Below are positions 24,889 through 39,213 of a stretch of DNA of 64,000 nucleotides, piece after piece. The DNA comes from Octopus vulgaris (lineage: Eukaryota): the NCBI GenBank assembly GCA_951406725.2, contig OX597820.1, positions 35,774,001 to 35,838,000 on the forward strand. Reading direction: 5' to 3'. The notes below the pieces were generated by a model that did no database searches, was not told the DNA's origin, and saw nothing but the letters and a program-made list of their open reading frames with translations. Within the stretch, counting starts at the first letter, position 1, and every line of letters begins with the position of its first letter. A program made the position numbers and the translations under genes.

Positions 24889-25169
24889 TAAACAATATGA
24901 GAGACTGCTATGTGGATCCCTTGAATGCTAAAAATAGACGTCAAACCGTCTTACCACGAAATCTGTGTTCTCAAATTAGCAAGACGCTAGATGTTTACGA
25001 GTTAGACATATGAAAAGAAATAAGCGCTATGTTTATTTCTTTCCATTCGTCTAGCTCGTAAACATCTAGCGTCTTGCTAATTTGAGAACAGAGAATTCGT
25101 GGTAAGACGGTTTGACGTCTATTTTTAGCATACACGGGATCCATATAGTGACCTCTCATATTGTTTATA
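24887..25169. repeat. Foldback (near-complete palindrome of about 280 bp)
   Basis: Arms ataaacaatatgagag...gttagac / gtctagc...ctctcatattgtttat with a self-complementary centre. Confidence 0.85.
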
Positions 25170-25299
25170 TTTAGAGAGTAATTTGCTAACTACATTTACA
25201 TGAGAAACAGTATTTCAGTCAGTGTCAATTCATTTAATGCAAGAAGCAATTTATAGTTAACTTTTTTGAATTAGTTTGGTCCATGGACTTCACAAGCTC

Positions 25300-25780
25300 T
25301 CTCGAGGCTAGTGAAATCAGTACAATTCACGTTCCTCATGAGCAATTTATAATTTGGTGACTATAAAACAGTGCCCATGTACAGGGAAGGAATTCCAGAG
25401 GGCAGAGGTTCAAGGAAACAAAGACTAGTCATAAGTACAAACAAAGGCTGGTTAAACGCGGTGCCTGTGAATGGACGTAATATGGGTGACGAAGGGAGGA
25501 GATATGGGTGAGTTTGGAGTACCTTAGCAGAAGTGACACATGATAAGCCTGCATTGAGGAACAGAGGTCATTATACTAGCTGAAGAAAATGTAGAGAGAG
25601 GCTGTATCAAGTTTGTGGGCCAGAGATTGGAGTGCTTTGTTGCGTGATCCCAAAGGTATTAACTGAGTTGCCATTTTTTTCCTGCTATCTAAGATGCTAC
25701 AGTATGTAGAAGCGGTACTGTCTCGGATGTGGGACCAACACTTCATTGTGGATCTTACCAGAGTTTTTAAATAATTACGT
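25300..25780 (-). mobile_element. Decayed CR1/Jockey-group LINE RT 3' fragment
   Basis: Minus-strand peptides ILDSRKKMATQLI..LQSLAHKLDTASLYIFFS*YNDLCS and SLFP*TSALWNSFP. Confidence 0.65.
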
Positions 25781-26699
25781 GATGAAGAAAAAACAATACT
25801 ATCAAACGACTAATATTATTTACATTTTTCGGCAAATAAGGGAGCTAACTATGGACAGACTTTTATCTAACTCTGGATAAGGTTCGTATTATTCTGACCT
25901 CATCAGCTAAGTATAGCCTTCAGCATACTTATCCTATGTATAGATCTTTTAAATAAAATCTCGTTTTCCAAAGCAAACGTAGTATGGAGATCCCTGACTA
26001 GTATAAGTGATAAATTAAAAAGAAAAATGACATCTTATAGCTTTTAAAGTGATAGCTCCTAGAAATGCCAATGGCTGATGTTTCAGCTTTACAAGTTGTT
26101 GTTATTGTTATTTTATTATGTTATTGTTAGTAACACGATAGTGCAGAGGATTAAGCGTAGAACTGCCATTAATAGTGTATGATTGCTCACTTAAAACTGA
26201 CAGCCAAAACCAGATGTAAACATGCTGGAGGAGAACAACGGCAAATTTCTTCTCTCTTTTTAAGCAGAAAATTGGTCAGAAATCATGTTGAATCGTAGAA
26301 GAGTCATTATCAGTTGCAAGATGTTGTTTTTGGAAAAATTCTTCTGATTTAACGATCGATTTTCAGATTTTTGATCATTTACAAAAGCATACATTTTCTT
26401 TTCTTTGTTCACCCCCTTTCTCCCCCTCTCTTCTTTTTTCTCTCCTCTTCCTCTTTCTTTCCCCTTTTCTTCCCTTCTCTCTCTCGCTTTCTTCTTTCTC
26501 TTCTTCTTTCTTCTTTCTTTCCTATTTCCCTTTCTCTCCATCTGTCTTCTTTCACTTCTCTCTTATTCCGCTCCCTTTTCTCTGTCTCTCCCTGTCTACT
26601 CTTTATCTTTTCTTCCTTTTTCTATCCTCTTTTTTCTCTCTCCTTAGACTTCGCCTCACAAACAAATCCAAATCCACTTTCTTCTCACCTATTATCTCA

Positions 26700-27130
26700 A
26701 GACATTGACCATGTCTCCACCTTCCTGTTACGCACCTTCCTTTCCATCAACCACTTTCCCTTGCTCCCCATCTTCCATTTCAGTATTCGATTTCTGCAAA
26801 CCATTATACACCAACATTTCTGTTTTCTAAAATCTCAAACTGCTACCGCTCAATCTTATCTCACCCCGCAACTCCTCATCTTCAAATGTGACCGTAACCT
26901 CCGGAACCTGTAGGTCAGATATTCCTTCACCTTAATCACATCCAAACACGATCAATCGCCTACTTCCATTATAACTTCTGTCCTTTCATTTTCAATATCA
27001 AAAATCGATTCATTTCAATTCATAAGATCTACAGCCATTTCTCTGTTCACTAGACTTCTTTGGAAGCAAAAACTTACTTTCAATCCAGACACATCCATTT
27101 TTCATTACATCAACAATTGTTTATATATCC
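26700..27130 (+). pseudogene. Second decayed Penelope-like RT/EN linker fragment
   Basis: FPLLPIFHFSIRFLQTIIHQHFCFLKSQ..PQLLIFKCDRNLRNL*V matches the PLE PLxxxFHP..PxxxFKRxxNLRxxLV motif. Confidence 0.7.
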
Positions 27131-27632
27131 TTTAATTCCATCCCCTGTAACACGCTGAAGTACGCGCGCGCGTCACTCTCCCTGCTAATATGTCTACTAA
27201 CATATACTGTTGTTTCCACGCATAGAAAGACACACAAAAAGACACACATAGAAAGGCACACTTAGAAAGACACACAGAGGCACATTCGTTATTACCAACT
27301 CACACGCAAACATATCAACCGTACTCTTACTGCTGCTCATTTTTCAACACATCTTTGATATATCAGCCCTCCACCATCCACCTCTATCTGCTCTACCCCA
27401 AAACCGTATTTCTACCAATCCACTTCCTTAGTCAATTGCTACATAATCCCTCTGTAAACCCACACAAAATGTTCTCTTTTCTCTAATTTGACAAATGCTT
27501 CCAACCCGGAGCTTCGATTATTTTTCCTGCCCTTAGGGTAATTATATTATAAATTACATTTCATAACGTAATTTATTTTATGATACAATATAATTACATT
27601 TTGTACTACAAATAAATTGCAAATAAATGTAA

Positions 27633-27995
27633 TTTATTACTTCCGCTTTAGAGAAGTCGGGGTGTTGTTTCCAGTCGTATTTGTTTATATGTTTGTCCGT
27701 GGACAAGATATTTCAAGAACTGCAGGATGGATTCGGATGAAAATTTCAGGCATGTTTGGCCTTGTGACTGGCATGAACTGATTAGATTTTGGGTTTGATA
27801 CGGTACCAGACAAGGATTCTGGATAATTTTTCCTGTTTTTTACTTAATTTTTGAAAGCGGTCGGGTTCATTTTTAGTATCCTCGTTTGTGAGAGCAGACG
27901 AGTTTTTTTCAGATATTCTCATTTTAAAAAATCAGCTCCAGCTAATCATTGGTGTTGCTTTGGCAGAAGTTTGCGCTCTCTTAGTGCCCTTGTTT
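27633..27995 (+). mobile_element. Helentron/HINE-like element
   Basis: tttattacttccgc start, gtttgtccg microsatellite-like region, end ggcagaagtttgcgctctcttagtgc hairpin. Confidence 0.5.
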
Positions 27996-28019
27996 GTATT
28001 ATTTTCATTTATTATTTCT

Positions 28020-28645
28020 TAATAATGGTTTCAAATTTTGGAAGAAGCTCGGAAAATCTAGGGCAAAGGGTAAGTCGGTTGCATCGATCCCAGCGTTTAC
28101 CTGCTACTTATTTATCACCCTCGAAAGAATGACAAGTAAACTTCGGCGTAAAACGTAAAACCGGAAGAAATCCCACCAAGCATTTTGTCTAATGTGTTAA
28201 CGATTCTTATTTCTTTATGGCCCACAAGGGGCTAAACATAGAAGGGACAAACAAGGACAGACAAAGGCATTAAGTCGATTACATCGACCCCAGTGTGTAA
28301 CTGGTACTTAATTTATCGACCCCGAAAGGATAAAAGGCAAAGTCGACCTCGGCGGAATTTAAACTCAGAACGTAACGGCAGACGAAATACGGCTACGCAT
28401 TTCGCCCGGTGTGCTAACGTTTCTGCCAGCTCGCCGCCTTCGTCCCATTCCTAATTATGGTTTCAAATTTTGGCACAAGGCCAGCGAATTCGGAGGAGGG
28501 GTTAAGTCGATTACCTCGGCTGTAGTGTTCAACTGGTATTTATTTTATCGACCCTGGCGGAATTTGAACTCAGAACGTAAAACCGGATGAAAGCCACTAA
28601 ACATTTTGTCCAACGTGCTAACGATTTAGCAAGCTCGCCGCCTTC
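28020..28645 (-). mobile_element. SINE family A cluster
   Basis: Reverse-complement family A modules. Confidence 0.85.
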
Positions 28646-29559
28646 ACACAATACCTAATGATGCAAGAAGAGAGCTCGTGTGTTGCTATGCGGGAATCTT
28701 GCTGCTTGAAATTCATCATTCTATTGATCTTCCAAATGGAAGGCTTCACTACAGTAACTCCAAGGTCACTGGCAAACCATTTCATTTGTAAACAAAATGC
28801 CTGCTGAGAGAATAAAAAATAAAATGATATGATATACTGCTCTTTTTTGTTTTCTTTTATATGATTTTTATTCTTTCTTTATGTTTTTTTTTCAAACATT
28901 CTGCTGGCTTATATTAATAGTTGTTTACCTTATTTATATTTTTATAATTTATTTATGTTTAAGAATGTGTATGTGCGTGTGTATGTGTGTATTTCACTAG
29001 ACTTACTAAACTTAAAGCTTGACCGATTTCAACAGCCGTTGTCCACTAACTGACTGAATTTCTTTTCTCCTTCAGTCCGAACTCCACAATGAAATCTTTA
29101 TTATATGCCAACTGCTGATATAATAAATAATTACTGTAGAATAAACTCGCTAGAAATAAATCAGTGACACCAAAAAAATACAGGAGATAGGCTCGTGAAT
29201 TCCTCTTTGTTTTCATTAATTCTTTCTCCAGCTGCGAGCTGAATTATTAGGAATGAAAAACAACCGAGATAGTTAATGGCTCAGACACGGGCAGTCAATG
29301 GTTCGTTCGTGGTCAACGACACCACCAAGAGACAGGGCTGGTTGTCAGTTTTTAATTTTTTTATCTTTTATTTTTTACTTGTTTGAGTCATTTGGCTAAG
29401 GCTATACTGAGCCACCGCCTCGGAGGGGTTTAGGACTTTTTTTCTTTTTAAGCCTAAACTTATTCTATTGGTCTCTTTTGCCGAACCACTGTGTTACGGG
29501 AACGTGAACACACCAACGCCGGTTGTCAAGCCATGGGCGGTGACAAAACAGAGTTACTA

Positions 29560-29720
<161 letters not shown>

Positions 29721-29734
29721 AATATGTATATATA

Positions 29735-30210
29735 TAAGGCAAGGCAAACATCTCAAGTCATATACAATTCAAAATCTTACAGCTATTTCTGGTATATCCC
29801 CGAGTATGGGATATTCGGTCATTAGAGACAAATTGAGGGAAAAGATATGGAAAATGAGAATGGTATATATCAATAAGATGACGACATAGTGGAAGGGAGT
29901 AAAAGAATAAGGAGATGGAAAGAGAGAAGAAAAAAGAAGCATAAAAGTTCATAGTTCAATTTTCCGAAGTTATAGAAACCAAAGCATGCTTCTTTCTTCT
30001 CTTTTCCCAGCTCCTTATTCCTTTACTCCCTCCCTCTATGTTGTCATCTTATTGATATATATACCATTCTCATTTTCCATATCTTTTCTTCAAATTGTCT
30101 CTAATGATCGAATATCCCATACTCGGGGATACCCCAGAAACAGCTGTAGGATTTTGAATTTCTTCCTGTAATAATATTGTATATGACTTGAGATGTTTGC
30201 CTTGCCTTAA
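29735..30210. mobile_element. Inverted PLE-type pair (29735-29942 and 29986-30210) with degenerate HHRs at 29774-29829 (-) and 30097-30152 (+)
   Basis: gtct-CTAATGA-..long stem II..-GAAA-cagctg-TA-ggat; arms are reverse-complementary. Confidence 0.8.
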
Positions 30211-30374
30211 TGATTGACGTCCTGTTTAACAATTATATATGTGTTGCATCAGAAATCAAAAATAGCTCCATAACTACCGTCTTGGCTATAGCTTTGGCGT
30301 CCCAGTAATCCGTTACAGCATTTACCTAGCGTACCTAATCATTTAGATCACCAGCGAACTAAACCCCCATGCTT

Positions 30375-30440
<66 letters not shown>

Positions 30441-30537
30441 ATCTAAACATGAAAACACAAGGAGAAAACACAACAACGCGAGGACGTGGAACAAATATAG
30501 TATTATGGGACGCCCAGGAAGGAAGGGAAGAAGGAGG

Positions 30538-30572
30538 GTTTTACGTTTCGAGTGGAGCTCTTCGTCAGAAAC
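30538..30572 (-). ncRNA. Minimal HHR, canonical core
   Basis: Minus strand: gttt-CTGACGA-a-gag ctcca ctc-GAAA-cg-TA-aaac, inside PLE-type fragment 30437-30650. Confidence 0.75.
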
Positions 30573-30654
30573 ATAGGAAAACAAAAGATCCAGAGAAGGA
30601 AAGACGGAGGGAAAAAAATCGCCAACGGTACACACGCGGTCATATTTTGAATGT

Positions 30655-30716
<62 letters not shown>

Positions 30717-31639
30717 AATAATGTACGACAAGCTTCTTTCAGTTTCGGTCTACCAAATTTGTTCGTCCCAAGAGGCTATAGTGGAAGACACTTGCTCAAG
30801 GTGCCACGCAGTAGTACTGAACCCGGAACCATATGGTTGGGAAGCAAGCTTCTTATCACACGTAAGTTCGTGTTACGTAAGAAGACATTTATATCATTTC
30901 AGACAGGGCCCCTTCTTTGTCAAATTTTGACTCTTGTTATTGTTGTTGTTTAACCTCATTTCAGTTAAACAATGATTGAGCAGAAATATGCTCAAAAGCA
31001 TTTCAGCTGTGACAATCTCGTCTTTTTAGAATACATGGTACTACATTGTCCACTTTCTTTTCCAAGCCGGTAAGGCATAGGGATGGTTTTTGCTAGTACT
31101 TATAACAGATCCAATGGCCACATTTGGTACATTAGAGAAATGTGTAGCAAAGCTGCAAATTAATTTTGTGCATCTGTGCGTGTATACATACATACATACA
31201 TATATATACATATATATATACGTATATATAAATATATACATATATATATACATGCACACACGCGCACGCACGCACACATACATACATACATACATACATA
31301 CATACATACATACATACATACATACATACATACATACATACATACATACAGATAGAGAGAGAACATTCTTATTTACAAATTTACAAAAAAATGTCTTCAT
31401 ATAGTTGCAATGTTTAGGAGAAAACTATTTTTTGTAATGAAAGATTATTAATTATAAAGCAATTATTTTTAAAACAACGTAGGATTAAGACAGACTTGAA
31501 GTAAGAGAGATGTTAGTTGGGCGTTTTCGCTGTTTCCTTCTTTTCAAACACACGTGTTAAAAGTTGTCTGTGTTTATTCTGTGAGCATCAGTCTAGAGAG
31601 CCGCTTGTTATAATAAAACAATCGAGTTGATATGTATCA

Positions 31640-32290
31640 AATTTCACCAGGATTAAAAAAACAAATTGCCGTGACTGATTTTACTTGCCGACCTTCAAAC
31701 AGTGATCATAAAATTGTTCCAATACAGTTTCGATTAGGGCAAAGTATTTTGATGCTTCGACGTCGGCTCCGCTTCGGTGCGGGATGCTATCATTTTCTTG
31801 TATAGAATCTTTTTCGTCACATGGATTATAATTGGATCAAGATATCAATCATTTTTCTGCGCAAAAGATATGCACAACAGACTTAGTATCGGCATTTCTT
31901 TTTACATATTTTGCTGCTATTGTTGAGCTCATACGGCGCCCATTTGTCAAGAATTTTTGCCTTTCCAATATGGTAGAAATGTAGAACAACCATTGATTGG
32001 TCAATGTTTTGTTCTGTAATCTATCGAGTCGTTTTGTGTGAATCAACTTCATTAATGACCATCAGCTGATCATTATCATTTGAATCAGGTCGTTTACAAC
32101 TTTCTTCATCTTTCAGGTTCTTGTCTCCACAATAAAATATTTTTGAGCCAATGTTGACTTGTGCGTTCGATGACGGTTCCCTGGTTAAATGCTTTGTTGA
32201 TATTGTAAGCAGCTTATACCGTTTTGTACCATTTTTAACTCATACAAAAGATCACTTAAACTTGATTCATTTTTCTTATATTTTTTTCAT
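31640..32290 (-). pseudogene. Decayed mariner transposase
   Basis: Frameshifted peptides LLYE..NINKAFNQGTVIERT..W..CGDKNLKDEE..RP..DNDQL..KTTR..HIGKAKILDKWAPYEL, which contain the mariner WVPHEL motif. Confidence 0.8.
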
Positions 32291-33210
32291 TGTTAATTTG
32301 ACAACCAAAAATAAACTAAAATAAACAGTAAAATTAAAACCAATAACAACTAATAAAGTATACACATAAATATGTTACAAAATGATATAGTATATAACCA
32401 TTGTTCGATCAAAGTTTATACACACACGTGCACACACACACACACGCACAGCCACCACCACACACTACACAAATAGTAACAAAATTTTAAATAAAAACCG
32501 CAATTAACTGCTTCCATATCCGATATAAACAATACAAACGTTTCCGTTCTGAACACGCGCCATTTTTCTCTGTTGCGTTGCATAATTATAGCAGCCCTAA
32601 AATACACCTCTCGACTGTATTTTGGCTTCTAAAAGATTCGTTTATCGAGCTACGCTATCTCTTATATATATGTAACAATCAATCAAAAAGCTATATAAAA
32701 AAAAAAGCTTACTGAAAAAATGTTATGCAAAAAACTTACGGAAAATACTTCTAAAGAAAGATTTTTGCAGCGTAACGGATACACAGGAAGACGCAACATT
32801 ACTTTACTATCTAGATATATCTGGAATATTTCAATAAAGTATATCTAAGACTTTGTTGCTTTTCTATTGTAAGATACGAAGTGATTTCAAGTTGAATTGT
32901 TTTCTATTTCTAGCCGATCGAGCAAGCATACCAAGGCACTCCCCATTATTGAGTTTATTTTTGTGGTCTTAGACTCCTTGCAGATATCACTAGGCAATAC
33001 TCCCTAGTTATTCTTCCTAGTTATATCACTATTCACTATTCATTCATGAAAAACCTGCTTATAATTCTTATCACTCTTAGATCTGCCAGTAACATATAAA
33101 CTAAGCCGTTATTGATGAGGTCTAATAAGGCTGAAAAGTGTTCGGAGGGGTTCCCTTATACATCAGACTGGTCAATTCATAACAATTTCGGAGAAAACAC
33201 CGAAATTGTT

Positions 33211-33563
33211 CAGTGGTTCTCAACCGGCGTCCATATGGCCCTTGATGGTCCATATAATATTTTGGGGACTCCACACCACCAAATAGTAAATTGGAGATCC
33301 ACAGTAGTATTTTAAGGGCCACTAAGAAAATGTTGCTTTAGATGTATGTATGTATTGGTATGTATTGCAAGAAACCGATATATTTTTTTTCTCTAACATT
33401 TTACATAGTTCAACCTACACAAGTTAATATGGAAATAAGAAAATAGGAATTTTGAAAGAAGTTTCTATAAAACTAGTTTTTGAATATTGAATGGCTGTGG
33501 GGGCCCACCAGAATAAAATGATAATCAAAGGGGTCAATAGATAAAAAATGGTTGAGAAACCTG
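33211..33563. mobile_element. hAT (Charlie-like) MITE
   Basis: TIRs cagtggttctcaacc / ggttgagaaacctg; no TSD recognised. Confidence 0.6.
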
Positions 33564-33974
33564 TCGCCACGTTCTGAGGTCAAATCCCGCCGAGGTCGAC
33601 TTTACCTTTCATCTTTTCGAGGTCGATAAATTAAGTATCAGTTGCGTACTGAAGTCGATCTAATCGACTGGTACCCTCCCCAAAAATTTCGAGCATTGTG
33701 CCAAGAGAAGAAAAGAATATTTCTTGGCTTACTGCAGGAAGTACGTTACTGACAGCTTTACTATTAGATTATAATACTGCAGGCACACCTTTGTTTCAGT
33801 ACCATTCTGTTTTGAACCACGATACATGTAAATGTTTATGAGAGACAAAATATTCAATATAGTATAAATCTACACATGGTTGAATATGTTGGAGTGGTAC
33901 CTCATCAGAATAGTACCACGGTGAGCTACTACTATACATGTTTATACAGATATTGAGTATTTTATCACATATAA

Positions 33975-34250
33975 TCTATTATATAAAATCCGTTCTGTCT
34001 GTCTGTCTGTGTGTGTCTTCTAGGATCTCGGGCATCCTCCATCCCATTGCGCTCAAATTTGATATGTAGATACCGACGGTATCAGGGCGTGTATAAGTCT
34101 TGAAAAAATTACAAAATTCGATTCCAGGTGAGAATGCGATCGATAAAGCCGTGGGAACGTGCATTTGTATGCGCGAGTACATCAGCTGTTGCGATGTACT
34201 TACTGGTACTTTAAACTCTTCGGTTGCATGTTTGTGTGAATAAAATCGTT
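33975..34250 (+). mobile_element. Helitron-like 5' end
   Basis: a|TCtattatataaaatccgttctgtctgtctgtctg start typical of non-autonomous Helitrons. Confidence 0.5.
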
Positions 34251-34895
34251 TTTCTTTGGAATAGACAAAAAGTCTATCTTTATTTCTTCTGTTGCTGGGG
34301 TCTCAAATTTAGGTTAAATCAGTGTTTCTCAAAGGGAAGACCCATGGGACGGTCAGACAAGTTGTTTTGAGAAAATTTGGTTTAAATGTTTGACAACTCA
34401 GCACCGTCCATTGGACGGGGGGCTTTTTGCTCGTCGTTTATGTCAGGTAGTTCGGAAGGAAATGGCACAGAAACAACTGCAATAAATATCAAACGTGCTG
34501 CATTGACTCTTCATCTACGTTGACTTAGATACTACGTTATGAAATATTCACACGCCAGTTATACTTGTGGTAAACACCGGGAGTTTCTGCAAAAGTAAAC
34601 TTATTTGAATTTTTAAGTACAGTACCAAACTTAAAGTGTAAAGAGTGAGGGCACTGTATTGACTGCTAAAGATAGAATACACCCAGTTTTTAGTCAATAT
34701 AGACTTGCTATATGTGTGTGGCGTGTGTTTATGTGTGTGTGTGTTGAATGGGTCGTCAGGCAAAACTTATAAAATCCCTGTCATTTCGAGCTTTACAATA
34801 GATAGGGGAGAATTCGCAAAAAAAAAAAAAGACGAACACAAGTGGTGTAGACAACAAACAGATGTATTAGTTTAACGCTCGGGAAGTGAAAAAGT

Positions 34896-34931
34896 CTTTA
34901 ACGTTTCGTGCCTACGCTCTTCCACAGAAAG
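34896..34931 (-). ncRNA. Minimal HHR-like motif, U6 family
   Basis: cttt-CTGTGGA-a-gagcgtaggcac-GAAA-cg-TT-aaag. Confidence 0.55.
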
Positions 34932-35451
34932 CAACAGGGAGAGAAAATAAAGAATGTGTAGTGGCTAGCGATCTATCATGGCGAATGCCGGACAGAGGGG
35001 TCACACAGGAGAGCTAGGAAGAAGAGGGGATAATAAAGTAGTCTGTATTAAGCAAATTTTCAAAAGTATATTAAGTTTAACTTGAAAATGATAACCTGAA
35101 TTAGCACGCGCACTCACACACACACACGCGCGCGCGCACACATACATACATACATACATACATACATACATAATGTGTATGTATGTATGCATGCATGTAT
35201 GTATATATATATGTATGTATATCATCAGTTAGTTGTCAATGCGTCAGAAAAGAAAAGCACACTCAATATGAGTAATAGAACGGTTATATTTTATACTGCT
35301 CGACGATGTTTGGAGGTGCGCGCACGTGTGTGCTCCAATTACTGTTTCTAACTAGTCTATCCCGCTCCTCTATATACTTTCATGTTTGTTTCTGTGAGTG
35401 CGAGTGCGCGTGCATGTGCGTGTATATGTGTATGCGAGCGTGTGTGTGGGG

Positions 35452-35513
<62 letters not shown>

Positions 35514-36699
35514 AGTGGTTCCTGTGGATATGCGCACGTGTACAGGCCAATTATCACTATCCGACTAAGTTTTGTTCCTTCATACATACGTATGCATATG
35601 AGTGTGTGCACTTATAATATATATATATTCGTGCGTGTGTGTGTGTGTGTGTGTGTGTGTCTGTGTGTCTGTGTGTCTGTGTGTGTGTGTGTAAGATAGC
35701 TAACATTTGTGTTTGTTTAAAACGATGTTGTAACCTAATCTGCTTGCTGACAATTACAAGTAGTTTAGCATATTATGACTCACGCCTAAATCATTCTCGC
35801 TTCCTTCTTAATTCTTTCTATTCGTTGTCAGCAAACGGTTTCGTATCATAACTCAGCAGTCAGCGTAAGTTTACATCAATATATTGTGCTACCCTCAGCT
35901 GTCATGCCCTGCCAGAGATAGGAGTAGGATTAACGTTAGATTTTAGATTTTATCATTACCGTTATTTCACTATATCGTACTACCCTCAGCTATCAAATCT
36001 TTTTGACCCCATATGGTTACAAACTCTAGATATATAAAATTACGCCATGCAATTGTCATCCAGAACAATTCTGCGTGGGAGTTAAGGTAGTCACTAACAA
36101 AAATGTACAAGTCAAATACTGAGGTCAACTGTTTTGCACCATTATCATTTTCTGACCTTGAAAAGCAGCAAAATGCTTTGCGGTAATTCGCCGGTCTTTA
36201 CGTTCTGGGTTCAAATTCCGCCGAGTTCGACTTTGCCTTTCATCCTTTCGGGGTCGATAAAATAAGTGCCTGTTGAGCACTGGGTCGGTATAATCGACTT
36301 ATACCCCTCCCCAGAAATTTCTGGCGTTGTGCTAAAATTTGAAATCAGTATTTTCAGGCTTTATCCCTATGCTAGAAATAGTTATATGGCAACATCATTT
36401 GAGCATCGGCAGAAAATCTTTTCGCAGAATTTGTTCTGCACTTTACGTTCTGAGTTCGAATCACGCCGAGGTCAACGATGCTTTTCATCCCTCCGCGATG
36501 ATAAAATAAAGCATTAGTCAAAGGCACAAAACTGCAGGCCTTGTGGTTAAATTAGATAAAAAGGAATGCGAGAATAAGGTTTTAAGGACCGAAATACTTG
36601 CGTAAGAAAGGATTTTCTGCGAAAGACCTTCAGCTGTTAACCTCTTGTTAGAACCTGCTAGTACTACTAGAAGCATTTAGAGATTATGTTGAACAATTT

Positions 36700-37600
36700 C
36701 TCTGACAAGAGCTGAAATTGCATAATACTTTTTTAATACAGTTAATTAACAGATGTGAGTTTATTGGCATTGTGTTCTTGCATACTGGTATTAAACACAT
36801 CTAACTGAGAAAAAAGCATGACGAAATCTATCAGTTGTGCACACTAGCCATGCCAATCCCCTTAGAATGACAATGTGTTACCTTTTTTGTTTCAAAAGCC
36901 TCCTATTTTATTCTTCAGCTATAGTACTTAGATTACAGTTGCTTGTCCCTCAAAAGGCTATAAACCGCGTAAAGAATCAACCATTGGTGTTAATGTTTCC
37001 GTGTCGTTGCAGAGCTAATAAAATAACTGCGCCTTTGGTGACGTTGCGAGTTGTTTGATCTAAAGCAACTACAAGTTTGTTATAAAGGTCTGACGGACGA
37101 AGCCTCAGTGTATATTAAAAACATGAGCTTAAATTGCATCTGGATCCTCCATCTTTATGAATACAACTATACCTTTCACATTTTCTATCATACATGGCGC
37201 TCCAGCCGTACAAATTCCAGTACAAGAATCCTGTGAAAATCTCATCTTTCTTCCAGACATGCAGACACGGTTTGGAAAATATCATGTTTTATAGAAACTA
37301 GGCGATTATTTAACAATAGTGAATAGATGGTGACATTGCCAAACGACTGTACTTTTCCATTAATAACTGCCGATTCATTTTCAACTTGAATGGCAAACTT
37401 AGAACTTTTCATACTTCTAGAAACACACTTTACAATAGTAGTTAATACAACAACTATTTTTCTATGAATTGTTTTATTAGATAAAAGAATTTTCATTACT
37501 CCTCCCACAGCATTATCGCCATACTTTTCGCAGTCAAGCTGCAAGTAGTATATTTTTTCAGATGTAGTATATGGTTTTTCTTAGTTAAACAATCAGTTCA
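36700..37600 (-). pseudogene. Decayed hAT (Buster/Charlie-type) transposase
   Basis: KPYTTSEK..LLSNKTIHRKI..SSKFAIQVENES..DIF..CTGICTAGAPCM, matching the LSNxTIxRRI, FAIQLDES and CTDGAPxM motifs. Confidence 0.8.
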
Positions 37601-37670
37601 CCCACTTAGATACAGGCAGTATCTTATGTGAGACTGTCACTGGTTTACACCATCATCATTATCATCATCG

Positions 37671-37713
<43 letters not shown>

Positions 37714-37785
37714 CATCATCATCATCATTACTATTATTATTATCATTATTAATATTAATATTACCAGTATTAGTATTAGTATTAA

Positions 37786-38345
37786 AGGCAGCGAGCTGGC
37801 AGCATCGTTAGCACGCCGGACGAAATGCCGTTACGTTCTGAGTTCAAATTCCGCCGAGGTCGACTTTGGCTTTCATCCTTTCGGGGTCGATAAATTAAGT
37901 ACCAGTTACGCACTGGGGTCGATGTCATCAACTTAATCCGTTTGTCTGCCCTTGTTTGTCCTCTCTGTGTTTAGCCCCTTGTGGCTAGTAAAGAAATAGG
38001 TATTTCGTCTGTCTTTATGTTCTGAGTTCAAATTCCGCCGAGGTCGACTTTGCCTTTCATCTTTTCGGGGTCGATTAAATAAGTGCCAGTTACGCACTGG
38101 GGTTGATGTAATCGACTTAATCCGTTTGTCTGTCCTTGTTTGTCCCCTCTGTGTTTAGCCCCTTGTGGGCAGTAAAGAAATAGGTATTACGTTCGTCTTT
38201 ATGTTCTGAGTTCCAATTCCGTCGAAGTCGACTTTGACTTTTATCCTTTCGGGGTCGATAAAGTAAGTATCAGTGAAACACCGGGGTCGATATAATCGAT
38301 TTATCCCCTCCCTTAAAATTTCTGCCCTTGTGGCAATATTTGAAA
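37786..38345 (+). mobile_element. SINE family A trimer
   Basis: Three tandem central modules; two end in tail 1 and the last in tail 2. Confidence 0.9.
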
Positions 38346-38356
38346 TCATTATTATT

Positions 38357-38567
38357 CAGTAGTCTTATTTTTATCACTTGCTTTCACTGCCCTACCGAGC
38401 GCAGCTCTGTGTGCCTTGGATATGTGCTATGGTTTGTTGGGGTACTCTTATTTTTACTGTACTAAAAGTGTTCTATGTAGGATGTGTGCAGTGCCTAGTA
38501 GTGCTATTTTCTGTATGCTATATATACTTGTAAGTCCGGGTGTTTTTAATATGTATTTGCCTGAATG
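38357..38567 (-). mobile_element. 5'-truncated R4/Dong-like LINE end in (TAA)n
   Basis: Minus-strand SGKYILKTPGLTSIYSIQKIALLGTAHILHRTL (RLE-LINE C-terminal motif), flanked by ATT repeats. Confidence 0.7.
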
Positions 38568-38794
<227 letters not shown>

Positions 38795-39105
38795 TGGCAA
38801 TTCTATTCTATCAAAAGTCTTTGAGATCATATCTGCTAGATAAATATTCATATTTTGACAATAGATGTAGCTTTGTCTTGCTTTCGACCATATCGGAAAT
38901 AGAAAGCTTCTCACCACAGTTCAGATAACTAGGCCATCTACGTCTCCTTCTCCTGTCCATGAGACAACGAGACTCATATTTTTATTTTATACTAGCAGTA
39001 TAACCCGGGATTAAGTTAGGATTATTAAGCTAATCAAGTTCTTTATTTCAAACCAAACTAAGTAACATCGACATCAAATTTGGGCGAAATCCGTTGAAAT
39101 TGGTT

Positions 39106-39167
<62 letters not shown>

Positions 39168-39174
39168 GATGATG

Positions 39175-39213
<39 letters not shown>

